A stretch of DNA of 35,631 nucleotides from a bacterium. Its GTDB lineage: Bacteria > Sysuimicrobiota > Sysuimicrobiia > Sysuimicrobiales > Kaftiobacteriaceae. The notes below the pieces were generated by a model. That model searched no databases. It was not told the DNA's origin and was given only the letters and a program-made list of their open reading frames with translations. The position numbers were made by a program, and so were the translations under genes. Of the stretch, positions 25,742 through 34,128 are shown one piece after another. Position 1 is the stretch's first letter, and every line of letters starts with the position of its first letter. The stretch lies in the NCBI GenBank assembly GCA_036523465.1, contig DATDEG010000318.1, forward strand, positions 1 through 35,631, written 5' to 3'.

Positions 25742-26256
25742 AGCAACTGTGGGCGCCATGGCGGCTGGAGTATATCCAGGGACCGAAATCAGACGGGTGC
25801 TTTCTCTGCGCCGCGGCGGCGGGCACCGACGATGAGGCAGCGCTCGTCGTCTACCGCGGGCGGGCCAGCTTCGTCGTGGTGAACCGTTTTCCCTATAATA
25901 CCGGCCACGTCATGGTCGTCCCGAAGATGCACCGGGCGCGGATCGCGGATCTCGAGGATGGAGACGCCCTCGAGCTCCTGCGCCTGGTGGACCGGACGAT
26001 CGAGGTCATGCACCGCGTCCTCCGCGCCGAGGGCTACAACGTGGGTCTGAACCTTGGGCGGGCCGCGGGGGCGGGCGTCGAGGACCACGTACACGTGCAT
26101 GTCGTGCCCCGCTGGGTCGGGGACACGAACTTCATGCCCGTCCTCGGCGACGTGAAGGTGATGCCGGAGCATCTGCAGACGACACGGCGGCGTCTTGCGC
26201 TGGGATTCGCAGAGCGCGAGGCGCACCGGAGCCTCTCTGGGCCGGAGCAGCGATGA
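25738..26256 (+). CDS. HIT-family nucleotide hydrolase/phosphorylase (Ap4A phosphorylase-like)
   Basis: Histidine triad HVHVHVVPRW, and an N-terminal CFLC motif. GTGA overlap with rnc. Confidence 0.85.
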   Translation: MKQLWAPWRLEYIQGPKSDGCFLCAAAAGTDDEAALVVYRGRASFVVVNRFPYNTGHVMVVPKMHRARIADLEDGDALELLRLVDRTIEVMHRVLRAEGYNVGLNLGRAAGAGVEDHVHVHVVPRWVGDTNFMPVLGDVKVMPEHLQTTRRRLALGFAEREAHRSLSGPEQR

Positions 26257-27530
26257 AGACCGTAGAGCAACTCATGACAGATGTCGTCTTCACCGTGGCC
26301 TCGGCGGACACGGTCGCCGCCGCCGTCCACCGGCTCCGTGAGCACCGGATCGAGGCGCTTCCCGTCGTCGATGCCGGACGGCTCGTCGGCATCGTCACCC
26401 TCAAGGATCTCATCGGGCATCCGTCCTACCGGCCGATCCGTGAAGTGATGACCCGTGAGGTCGTGACGGTGTCGCGGTCCGAGCCGGTGACCACGGCGTT
26501 CGCCACGATGGAGTCCCGGGGGATCGGACGGTTGCCCGTCGTCGAGGGAGATGCGCTCGTGGGAATCATCACCCGCTCCGACCTGCTTCGCGAGCTCGGG
26601 AAGCTGACCGATCCGCTCACGGAACTGCCCTGGGCGGGCTCGTTGCGCCAGCTGGCGGCCGATCTGCTCAAGGGCGGCCGGGAGATCGCCATCATGTTCG
26701 TCGACCTCGACGAGTTCGGGACCGTGAACAAGCTATACGGCCACGTCGTGGGCGACCGCATCATCCGCGCCGTGGCGGCGCTGCTGCAGGAACGGACTGA
26801 TCCGGCGCTCGACTTTCTCAGTCGCTACGCGGGCGATGAATTTGCCATCGTGACGACACGCGATCTCACCGGGGTGGAGATGCTCGCCCGGGAGCTGCGT
26901 GAGTCGATCGCTGGTATCGGTGTCGAGGGCGCGCCGCGGGGAGCGATCAGCGGGTCGTTCGGTATCGCCGGCGGAAAACGCACCGCGGAGCGGGCCGACG
27001 TGCACTTCGATGCCACCGTGGACGACCTCATCACGATGGCCAGCAGGGCGTCGACGCTGGCGAAGCGGACCGAGCGCCACGTCGTTCAGGGTTCCCGGCC
27101 TATGCTCCCGCCGCCGCCCCCCACGACGGGCATGGTTGAGCGGGCGGCGATCCGCCGGGTAGACTTTGCGGTGACGGACGGGCGCGGCTCCGCGGCGGTC
27201 GAGCTCGTATTCGAGGACCGCGTCGTGACAGGCCGGGCGGCCGGTCCGATCCCCGGCACGCCGACCACGCGGCTGATGGTGGAGGCCACGCTGGATGCGG
27301 TCCGGCATCTGGTCCCCGCCGGCCATCAGGTGGTGCTTGAAGGGATCTCGCGGACCCCTCTTGGCGCGTCCGAGGCGCTGAATGTCGTGCTTCTGTCGGT
27401 GACGGCGACGCATGAGGAGCATCTCATCGGCTCGGCCGTCTTTACCGCCGATCCCCACGAGGCGGCCGTGAAGGCGGCGATGAAAGCCGTCAACCACATG
27501 CTCTCCGGCGCGCAGCCAGTGTCGGCGTGA
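26253..27530 (+). CDS. CBS-pair / GGDEF-domain protein with unassigned ~135-aa C-terminal domain
   Basis: Two CBS motifs at aa ~1-125. The GGDEF domain has MFVDLDEFGTVNKLYGHVVGD and the variant active-site motif RYAGDEF. The C-terminal region (MVERAAIRRVDF...KAVNHML) has no motif I can name. ATGA overlap with the HIT gene. Confidence 0.8.
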   Translation: MKTVEQLMTDVVFTVASADTVAAAVHRLREHRIEALPVVDAGRLVGIVTLKDLIGHPSYRPIREVMTREVVTVSRSEPVTTAFATMESRGIGRLPVVEGDALVGIITRSDLLRELGKLTDPLTELPWAGSLRQLAADLLKGGREIAIMFVDLDEFGTVNKLYGHVVGDRIIRAVAALLQERTDPALDFLSRYAGDEFAIVTTRDLTGVEMLARELRESIAGIGVEGAPRGAISGSFGIAGGKRTAERADVHFDATVDDLITMASRASTLAKRTERHVVQGSRPMLPPPPPTTGMVERAAIRRVDFAVTDGRGSAAVELVFEDRVVTGRAAGPIPGTPTTRLMVEATLDAVRHLVPAGHQVVLEGISRTPLGASEALNVVLLSVTATHEEHLIGSAVFTADPHEAAVKAAMKAVNHMLSGAQPVSA

Positions 27531-27549
27531 GACGATCGTGAGGGGTCCC

Positions 27550-28824
27550 ATGCTGAAGCGGTGGTTGTGGCTCATCCCGGTTTTCGTAATCGGCGTTGCT
27601 CCCCATCTGTGGGCGCAGGCCGCGCCTCCTGCCGCGCCGCCCGCTCTCCCCGCCGCGTCCACGCAATCGGCGCTGGCTTACGTGACGGCGCTGGCAAAGG
27701 GGATCGGGTCCCGGGCGGCCGGAAGCGAAGGTGATCGGAAGGCCATCGACTACGTCGCCGAGCAGTTCCGCGCCCTCGGCTACGGCGTCGAGCGGCAGCC
27801 GTTCCCCTTCCGCTTCTTCCAGGAGACGCAGGCCCCGCAACTGGCGGTCGTCGGGACCGCCGCGCCGCGCCTCTCTCCGGTGACGATGCTCTATTCGAGT
27901 TCCACGCCCGAAGCTGGGATCGAAGCCGAGGTCGTCGCCGCGGGGCTGGGCCGGCCGGAGGACTTCACCGGGCGCGCGGTCGAGGGGAAGATCGCGCTAA
28001 TCGAGCGCGGGGAGATCTTCTTCAGCGCCAAGGTAGCCAATGCCGCGGCGGCCGGAGCGGCCGCGGTCGTCCTCTTCAACAATCAGCCCGGTCCTCCGAC
28101 CGTGGGGACGCTCCAGGGCCCGGCGCGGATCCCCGCGGTCATCGTCTCCCAGGAGGAGGGGCGGGCCCTCCTGCGGCTGCTCGAGGGCGGCGCCGTGCGC
28201 CTGCGGTTGGTCGTGCGGACCATCGCGGAGACCCGCACGTCGTTCAATGTGATCGGCGTCAAGCGCGGGGTCCGCCAGCCTAATGAGATCGTCGTCGTCG
28301 GCGGCCATCGCGATTCCGTCCCGGTGAGTCCGGGGGCCAACGACAACGGGTCGGGCACCGCGGCCGTCATCGAGACGGCCCGCATCCTGGCCTCAATCCG
28401 GACGGCCCGCACCATCCACTTCATCGCCTTCGGCGCGGAGGAGCTCGGGCTCGTCGGGTCCACTTTCTACGCGCAGAATCCCACGGGAACGATCACCGGG
28501 ATGGTCAACATGGACATGGTCGGCCGGGGAACGCTCGCCGTGGGCAACACCAACGATGACAATCGTCTTGTGGATCTCGGCATGCAGGTGGCGCAGCGCC
28601 TCGGCATCCAGGTTCACTCGTTCAAGCTCCGCGGCCCCGCGGGGAGCGATCACTTCTCCTTCGAGCGGATCGGCGTGCCGGCGGTGTTCCTCCACACCGG
28701 CGACGATTCCGCGATCCATACCCCCAACGACACCCTGGACCGGCTCGATCCCGCCCTCATCGCGCAGGCCGCGCGGTTGGCCGCGGGGATCGCGCTGGAC
28801 GCGGCGGGCGGCGCCGTGCGCTAA
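27550..28824 (+). CDS. secreted M28-family aminopeptidase with PA (protease-associated) domain
   Basis: Signal peptide MLKRWLWLIPVFVIGVAPHLWAQA. Zinc ligand blocks GGHRDS, GANDNGSG and EELGLVGS. The PA insert has the GKIALIERG motif. An alternative GTG start exists at 27538. Confidence 0.8.
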   Translation: MLKRWLWLIPVFVIGVAPHLWAQAAPPAAPPALPAASTQSALAYVTALAKGIGSRAAGSEGDRKAIDYVAEQFRALGYGVERQPFPFRFFQETQAPQLAVVGTAAPRLSPVTMLYSSSTPEAGIEAEVVAAGLGRPEDFTGRAVEGKIALIERGEIFFSAKVANAAAAGAAAVVLFNNQPGPPTVGTLQGPARIPAVIVSQEEGRALLRLLEGGAVRLRLVVRTIAETRTSFNVIGVKRGVRQPNEIVVVGGHRDSVPVSPGANDNGSGTAAVIETARILASIRTARTIHFIAFGAEELGLVGSTFYAQNPTGTITGMVNMDMVGRGTLAVGNTNDDNRLVDLGMQVAQRLGIQVHSFKLRGPAGSDHFSFERIGVPAVFLHTGDDSAIHTPNDTLDRLDPALIAQAARLAAGIALDAAGGAVR

Positions 28825-28832
28825 TGCACGCG

Positions 28833-28878
28833 AAAGGGGGAGTTTGAGGGGGAACGCCGCGCGTGCGTTCCCCCTCAA
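28833..28878. repeat. palindromic intergenic element, copy B; likely bidirectional terminator between convergent genes
   Basis: AAAGGGGGAGTTTGAGGGGGAACGCCGCGCGTGCGTTCCCCCTCAA. A perfect 12-bp stem (28846-28857 with 28865-28876) surrounds the loop CGCGCGT. T-rich tails flank it on both strands. The stop codon of the minus-strand gene (28875-28877) lies inside the stem. Confidence 0.65.
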
Positions 28879-30176
28879 CCTTTCTTTCGGATCTCCACCC
28901 GTCCGATCCGCCGGCCGATCACGCTGTGTACGATGAACTCGAGCTCCCCGATGGTGAACCGCTCTCCAGGCTCCGGGATGCGGCCGAGGTGGTGGAAGAT
29001 GAACCCGCCGAGCGTGGCGGCGTCAGCGCCGCTGAGCTGGATCCCGAAGACCTCGTTGAGGGTCGGAAGGTCGATGGTCGCGTCGACGTCGATGCAGTTG
29101 GGCTGCGTCGCGTAGATCAACTTCGGCTGCGGCCGGGATTCGCCAGGGATCTCGCCGACGATCTCTTCTAAGACGTCCTCGATCGTCACGATCCCCGCCA
29201 TGCTCCCGTACTCTTCCAGGACGACCGCGAGCTGCGAATGGCCGGCCTGCATCTCTTCGAGAAGCTCTACGACCGGTTTGGTGTCGGGAACGTAGAGCAC
29301 CGGTCGCATCATCGTCTCGACGCGGGCCTCCGCGTGCCCTGCGGCTAGCTCCAGGAGGAGATCCTTCGCCCGTACCGCGCCGACGATCTGCTCGGTGGTC
29401 TCGCCGAAGACGGGGATACGGCTGAACCCGCGCTCGCGGACGACGGCCACCGCCTCGGCTACGGTGGCCATCCGGGAGACGCCGGCGACCGCGGTTCGGT
29501 GCACCATGATCTCGCCGACCGTCCGGTCGGTGAGCCGGAAGACTCGCCGGACGAGGGATTCCTCCTCGTGCTCGACCACCCCGGCCCGGCGGCTTTCGCC
29601 GATGAGCATGACCAGCTCGTCGCGGGCCAGCGCGACGTGGCGGCCGGGGGCGACCCAACCGAACGCACGGAGCGTCTTGTTCGCGAGCGTGTTGAGGGTC
29701 CAGATGAACGGTTTGAAGATTCGGAAGAAGGCCTCCGTCGGCGGAACGGTCGCTAGCGCAGTGGCCTCGGCGTTCCAGAGGGCAAGATTCTTGGGTGCTT
29801 GCTCACCGATGACGATATGCAGCGCGGTGATGAGGACGAACGCGACGGTCACGGCTACCGCGTGGGCGGCGGTGGCGCCCCAACCGGAGGGGAGGCCACG
29901 CAGCCAGGGCAGGATCAGTTGGGCCACGGCTGGCTCGCCGATCCACCCAAGGCCGAGGCTGGCCATCGTGATGCCGAGCTGGCTCGCGGCAAGGTATGGC
30001 TCAGGGTCCATGATAGCCCGCTGGACTGTCGGAGCGAAGCGCCGTCCCTCTTGAAGGAGTTGGGTAATGCGGGTCCGCCGTGACCTGACGATAGAGAACT
30101 CCGCGGCAACGAACAGTCCGTTAGCCGCCAGGAGCCCGAGCACCGCAAGGAGGTGGAGCGCTGCCGAAAGATCCAT
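28875..30176 (-). CDS. CNNM/CorC/HlyC-family transporter (DUF21-CBS pair-CorC_HlyC)
   Basis: 433 aa. N-terminal DUF21 with FVAAEFSIV, a central CBS pair, and a C-terminal transporter-associated domain. Confidence 0.85.
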   Translation of the reverse strand: MDLSAALHLLAVLGLLAANGLFVAAEFSIVRSRRTRITQLLQEGRRFAPTVQRAIMDPEPYLAASQLGITMASLGLGWIGEPAVAQLILPWLRGLPSGWGATAAHAVAVTVAFVLITALHIVIGEQAPKNLALWNAEATALATVPPTEAFFRIFKPFIWTLNTLANKTLRAFGWVAPGRHVALARDELVMLIGESRRAGVVEHEEESLVRRVFRLTDRTVGEIMVHRTAVAGVSRMATVAEAVAVVRERGFSRIPVFGETTEQIVGAVRAKDLLLELAAGHAEARVETMMRPVLYVPDTKPVVELLEEMQAGHSQLAVVLEEYGSMAGIVTIEDVLEEIVGEIPGESRPQPKLIYATQPNCIDVDATIDLPTLNEVFGIQLSGADAATLGGFIFHHLGRIPEPGERFTIGELEFIVHSVIGRRIGRVEIRKKG

Positions 30177-30246
30177 CCGACCTGCTTCCTCCTGCCGTTC
30201 CGTCAGGTTGGTGTTCCGCGCTCCGCTGGGCGCTCCTGCGGGTCGC

Positions 30247-30276
30247 TTGACGCTCCAAATCAGACGAGGCTACAAT
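30247..30276 (+). promoter_or_regulatory. sigma-70-like promoter TTGACG-18 nt-TACAAT for the paa-like operon
   Basis: Read directly: TTGACG 30247-30252 and TACAAT 30271-30276, about 33 nt before the paaA start. Confidence 0.5.
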
Positions 30277-30308
30277 CGAATGCAGTTTTCGCGTACCATA
30301 GGGAGCGC

Positions 30309-31250
30309 ATGACCCAGCCCGCCGTTTCGCAGGACGATCCCGAACATCTCGCCGCCTTCGAAGCCACGCTGGCTTCCGGAGACCGCATCGAGGCGGGGGA
30401 GTGGATGCCCCAGCAGTACCGCTTCGAGTGCCTCCGCCTCATCCAGATGCACGCCAACTCGGAGCTCATGGGGGCGCTGCCGGAGCGTGAATGGATTCCC
30501 CGCGCTCCCACGCTGGCGCGGAAGATGGCCCTGGTGGCGAAGGTGCAGGACGAGGTCGGTCACGCCCAACTCCTCTACCGCGTAGCCGAGGATCTGGGCA
30601 AGCCCCGCCTCCAGATGCTCGAGGATCTGCTGAGCGGGAAGAGCAAGTTCCACAACGTCTTCCACTATCCCGCCGAGACCTGGGCCGACGTCGCGGTGAT
30701 CCAGGTCTTCGTCGACGGGGCGGCCATGCAAACCCAGGGCGCCCTACGCTCGTCGAGCTATGCGCCGTACGCACGGGTGTTGAAGCGGATCTGCTACGAA
30801 GAGGACTTCCACATCCGCTTGGGGATCGACGTCTACAAGGCCCTCGCCGAGGGGACACCGGGTCAGCGGGCCATGCTCCAGGGCGCGATCGACCGGTGGT
30901 GGCAGCCAATCATACATTTCTTCGGACCGCGGGACCAGGCGTCTCCGCATCTGGAGACGATGATGCGCTGGCGGATCAAAGTGAAGACGAACGACGAACT
31001 CCGGCAGCAATTCCTCCGGCAGTTCGTCCCGTTCATCACCGACTACGGCCTGCGCCTGCCCGACCCCGAGCTGAAGTGGAATGAGGGCGACCAGCGCTAC
31101 GACTATAGCGAGCCGGACTGGGAAGAGTTCAAACGCGTCATCCGCGGGGAGGGCCCGAAGACGGCGGTCCGCCTGCAGTTGCGCAACGACTACTGGCGGC
31201 GCCACCAATGGGTCCGCGAAGCCATGGAGGCATGGGGGGCGGCAGCATGA
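30309..31250 (+). CDS. paaA: 1,2-phenylacetyl-CoA epoxidase subunit A-like diiron oxygenase
   Basis: The track ORF is trimmed to ATG 30309. Blocks QMHANSELMGALPEREWIPRAPTL, AKVQDEVGHAQLLY and YEEDFH (diiron E/H ligands) match PaaA. Confidence 0.85.
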   Translation: MTQPAVSQDDPEHLAAFEATLASGDRIEAGEWMPQQYRFECLRLIQMHANSELMGALPEREWIPRAPTLARKMALVAKVQDEVGHAQLLYRVAEDLGKPRLQMLEDLLSGKSKFHNVFHYPAETWADVAVIQVFVDGAAMQTQGALRSSSYAPYARVLKRICYEEDFHIRLGIDVYKALAEGTPGQRAMLQGAIDRWWQPIIHFFGPRDQASPHLETMMRWRIKVKTNDELRQQFLRQFVPFITDYGLRLPDPELKWNEGDQRYDYSEPDWEEFKRVIRGEGPKTAVRLQLRNDYWRRHQWVREAMEAWGAAA

Positions 31251-31783
31251 TGAGCGAAGCGGCAGGGTTCACACCGATCGCGATCTACGAATACCTCGTC
31301 AAAGCGCGCGCCAAGCTGTGGGATTGGGTCCACCCACTGACGATGGAGCAGTACACGAAGGAGTTTCCCTTCGGGAAGAAGACGCTCCGAGATACGCTCG
31401 TCGAGATTCCGGTGGCGGAGTGGCTCTATGGGCTGCGCCTCGTCGGGGAGACCGTTCCGCCGCGCGACGAGCAGCCGTTCGTGAAGTACTATCAGACCGA
31501 CTTCGCCCCCCTGAAGAGCGCCTGGCGAGAGCTCGCCGACCGCACACGCCGCATCCTGCGGGAGGAACGGGACTGGTCTCGGTCTCTCGAGTACATCGTG
31601 CGGCCCCCGAACCGGCCCGCGGCACGGATCAGTGCGACAGCCGGCGGGATCGCCACCCAGATGATCTGTCACGAGGTCCATCATCGCGCCCAGGCGATGG
31701 CCATGTTGCGCCAGTTCGGGATCGCGGCGGAGAACCTGGACTACACCGCGCTCATGGTGACGAGGACCGAGCTCCCGGCATGA
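31247..31783 (+). CDS. DinB-family protein, paralogue 1
   Basis: 178 aa. ATGA overlap with the paaA stop. Four-helix-bundle DinB pattern with the C-terminal HEVHHRAQAMAMLRQ. Confidence 0.8.
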   Translation: MMSEAAGFTPIAIYEYLVKARAKLWDWVHPLTMEQYTKEFPFGKKTLRDTLVEIPVAEWLYGLRLVGETVPPRDEQPFVKYYQTDFAPLKSAWRELADRTRRILREERDWSRSLEYIVRPPNRPAARISATAGGIATQMICHEVHHRAQAMAMLRQFGIAAENLDYTALMVTRTELPA

Positions 31784-32316
31784 ACGATACCCCCGGCGGG
31801 TTGAATCCGGTACATCTCTACAGCTATCTGGCCAAAGCGCGAGAGCGGCTGTTTGACTGGATCCGTCCGCTGACGCTCGAGCAGTACACTCAGGAATTTC
31901 CGTTCGGGGTGAAGACGCTGCGGGACACACTTGTGGAGATCCCGCAGGCCGAGTGGACCTACGTGCAGCGCCTCCGGGGCGCCGCCGACATTCCCCCGTG
32001 GGAAGAGCGGCCCTTCGCTCGTTTCTACAAGACGGACTTCGCTCCACTGGAACCCGCCATCCATGCCCAAGTAGGGGAGACGACGAAGACCCTCCGGGAG
32101 ATCACCGATTGGGCTCGGACGGTCGAGTACAGCTTTGTGGATGAAGGGGAACGGGTCAGTATCCGTACGACGACCGGCGGGATCGCAGCGCAGCTGTGCT
32201 TCCATGAGATCCACCATCGCGCCCAGGCGATGGCGATGCTGCGTCAGCTGGGCGCGCCCGCGCAGGATCTGGATTACTCGTTCCTGATGTACGATATTGC
32301 GCGGCGCCCGGCCTGA
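31780..32316 (+). CDS. DinB-family protein, paralogue 2
   Basis: 178 aa, trimmed from the track ORF 31081..32316. ATGA overlap with paralogue 1. By eye a little over half of positions are identical to paralogue 1, including EFPFG.KTLRDTLVEIP and HEIHHRAQAMAMLRQ. Confidence 0.8.
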   Translation: MNDTPGGLNPVHLYSYLAKARERLFDWIRPLTLEQYTQEFPFGVKTLRDTLVEIPQAEWTYVQRLRGAADIPPWEERPFARFYKTDFAPLEPAIHAQVGETTKTLREITDWARTVEYSFVDEGERVSIRTTTGGIAAQLCFHEIHHRAQAMAMLRQLGAPAQDLDYSFLMYDIARRPA

Positions 32317-32350
32317 GCGGGGTCAGCTTACCATCCACGCCCCTGGATCG

Positions 32351-32374
32351 CGAGCACTTCTACGAGCACTTCTA
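32351..32374 (+). repeat. perfect tandem duplication CGAGCACTTCTA x2
   Basis: Read directly, in the 72-nt gap between DinB paralogue 2 and paaB. Confidence 0.85.
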
Positions 32375-32388
32375 GAGGAAGAGGCCTG

Positions 32389-32721
32389 ATGCCGGCGCTG
32401 TGGCAGTTGTTGGGCAAGCCGGAACGCGAAGCCGCCCACATCTACGCCGTCTTCCGGCAGGACACGAAGAACGATCCACACGTCCACGTCGGCGACGTCC
32501 ACGCGACGGATCCCGAGATGGCATTAGTGCTGGCCAAAGAGCAATTCACCCGGCGTGACCCGTGCGTGAACCTGTGGGTTGTCCCTTACCACCGGATCGG
32601 CGCCACCGCCTACGATGACGCCGCCATCTTCGAGCACACCACGGACAAGAGCTATCGGTTCGGGGGATCGTACCGGGAACAGCAGCGGGTCATGAAACCA
32701 CGCCGGCGAGAGAATCGGTGA
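32389..32721 (+). CDS. paaB: 1,2-phenylacetyl-CoA epoxidase subunit B-like
   Basis: 110 aa. YAVFRQ...HVGDVHA.D.EMAL..AKEQFTRR...LWVVP is the PaaB pattern. RBS GAGGAAGAGG. Confidence 0.85.
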   Translation: MPALWQLLGKPEREAAHIYAVFRQDTKNDPHVHVGDVHATDPEMALVLAKEQFTRRDPCVNLWVVPYHRIGATAYDDAAIFEHTTDKSYRFGGSYREQQRVMKPRRRENR

Positions 32722-32746
32722 GGTCCACGCTTCAGGTCGGGGACCG

Positions 32747-33535
32747 ATGACGCTCGCCTCGAGCCCGGCGCTCCAAAGCGCCGAGATCCGCGATGCCCTC
32801 ATCGCCTATCTGCTGGGGATCGCCGATGACGAGCTCATCATCGGCCACCGCCACTCCGAGTGGACGGGGTTTGCTCCCGACATTGAGTCCGACGTCGCGC
32901 TGTCGAGCATCGCGCAGGAGGAAATCGGACATGCGCGGCTCCTCTACGAGCGGGTGGCGGAACTCGCCGGGGGCGATCCCGACGCGCTGGCGTACAGGCG
33001 CGGGCCCGGCGCCTTCCGGAACGGCATCCTCGTGGAGCGGCCCAACGAGGACTGGGGATTCAGCATCGTCCGGATGTTCCTCTACGATCATGCCGACGTC
33101 ATCCGGTTGGATGCGCTCGCCGAAGGCGCGGTCGCTGCCATCGCCGATCTGGCTCGGACGCTGCGCCGCGAAGAACGGTATCATGTGATCTATGGAGAGG
33201 AATGGCTCCGCCGCCTCGCCCAGGCCACGGACGGCAGTCATCGTAAGACACAGGACGCGCTGAATGCTGCCTGGCCCGAGGCCGAAGTGCTCTTTTCGGC
33301 GGTGGAGGGCCAGGCTATGCTGAGAGAAGCGGGCGTGCTTCCCGTCGACGCGGCGGCGCAGGCACAGCGCTGGCGGGACGCCGCTCTCCTGGTACTGGGG
33401 GAAATAGGCCTCAAGACGCCTTCGTCGGTGACGAGTGTGTCGGACGGCCGACGAGGTGTCCACACGGAGCACCTGGCGGCGTTGCTCGAGGAGATGACTT
33501 CGGTCTCGCGGAGCGAGCCCGGTGCACAATGGTGA
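32747..33535 (+). CDS. paaC: 1,2-phenylacetyl-CoA epoxidase subunit C-like
   Basis: 262 aa. LLGIADDELIIGHRHSEWTGFAPDIESDVALSSIAQEEIGHARLLY is the typical PaaC N-terminal block. Confidence 0.8.
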   Translation: MTLASSPALQSAEIRDALIAYLLGIADDELIIGHRHSEWTGFAPDIESDVALSSIAQEEIGHARLLYERVAELAGGDPDALAYRRGPGAFRNGILVERPNEDWGFSIVRMFLYDHADVIRLDALAEGAVAAIADLARTLRREERYHVIYGEEWLRRLAQATDGSHRKTQDALNAAWPEAEVLFSAVEGQAMLREAGVLPVDAAAQAQRWRDAALLVLGEIGLKTPSSVTSVSDGRRGVHTEHLAALLEEMTSVSRSEPGAQW

Positions 33536-33556
33536 TGGACGGGTAGGCTTGGCCCG

Positions 33557-34099
33557 ATGGCGACACAGGTAGACACTCTCGAAAGGCGCGTGTGGGAGAT
33601 CCTCGAGACGATCGAGGACCCCGAGCTCCCCGTGTCCATCACGGACCTCGGGCTCATCCGCGCGGTCGAAGTGGACGGCCGCCGGGTGCACGTCACAATG
33701 CTGCCGACGTTCTCCGCCTGTCCCGCTATTGGCGTGATGCGGGAAGATATCCGCCGGCGCCTCGGCGCGATCCCTGAAGTGGACCACGTGGAGGTCGAGC
33801 TGTCGTTCGCCGAGCCCTGGACGATGGCACGGATGACCGAGCGCGGGCGGGAGCGACTCTTCAGCCACGGTGTCAGCGTTCCAGGGGGCCGTGGGGCAGG
33901 GGGGGTTGAACCCATTGAAGCCGGCGGCAAGGCTCGGTTGCACGTCGGTTACGCCATGACGGTTGGTGTTGAGTGTCCCTTCTGTGGCTCGACCAACACG
34001 CGACTAGAGAACCCATTCGGACCGACATTGTGCCGGGCGATCTACTATTGCTTGGACTGCAAGAATCCCGTCGAGCGGTTTCGACCACCGGCAGAGTAG
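33557..34099 (+). CDS. paaD: phenylacetate-CoA oxygenase subunit PaaD/PaaJ-like (DUF59 plus C-terminal zinc ribbon)
   Basis: DPELPVSITDLGLI (DUF59/MIP18 motif), TFSACPA, and the C-terminal CPFCGS...CRAIYYCLDCKNPVERF. Confidence 0.8.
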   Translation: MATQVDTLERRVWEILETIEDPELPVSITDLGLIRAVEVDGRRVHVTMLPTFSACPAIGVMREDIRRRLGAIPEVDHVEVELSFAEPWTMARMTERGRERLFSHGVSVPGGRGAGGVEPIEAGGKARLHVGYAMTVGVECPFCGSTNTRLENPFGPTLCRAIYYCLDCKNPVERFRPPAE

Positions 34100-34128
34100 G
34101 AAGACGGAAAGGGGAGTGTGGGTAGGAC

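Noticed and set aside
32732-33943. 403-aa minus-strand ORF over paaC/paaD, and the 230-aa ORF 33238..33930
   Set aside because: They are antisense to PaaC and PaaD, which have family-typical motifs. There is no RBS or motif support.
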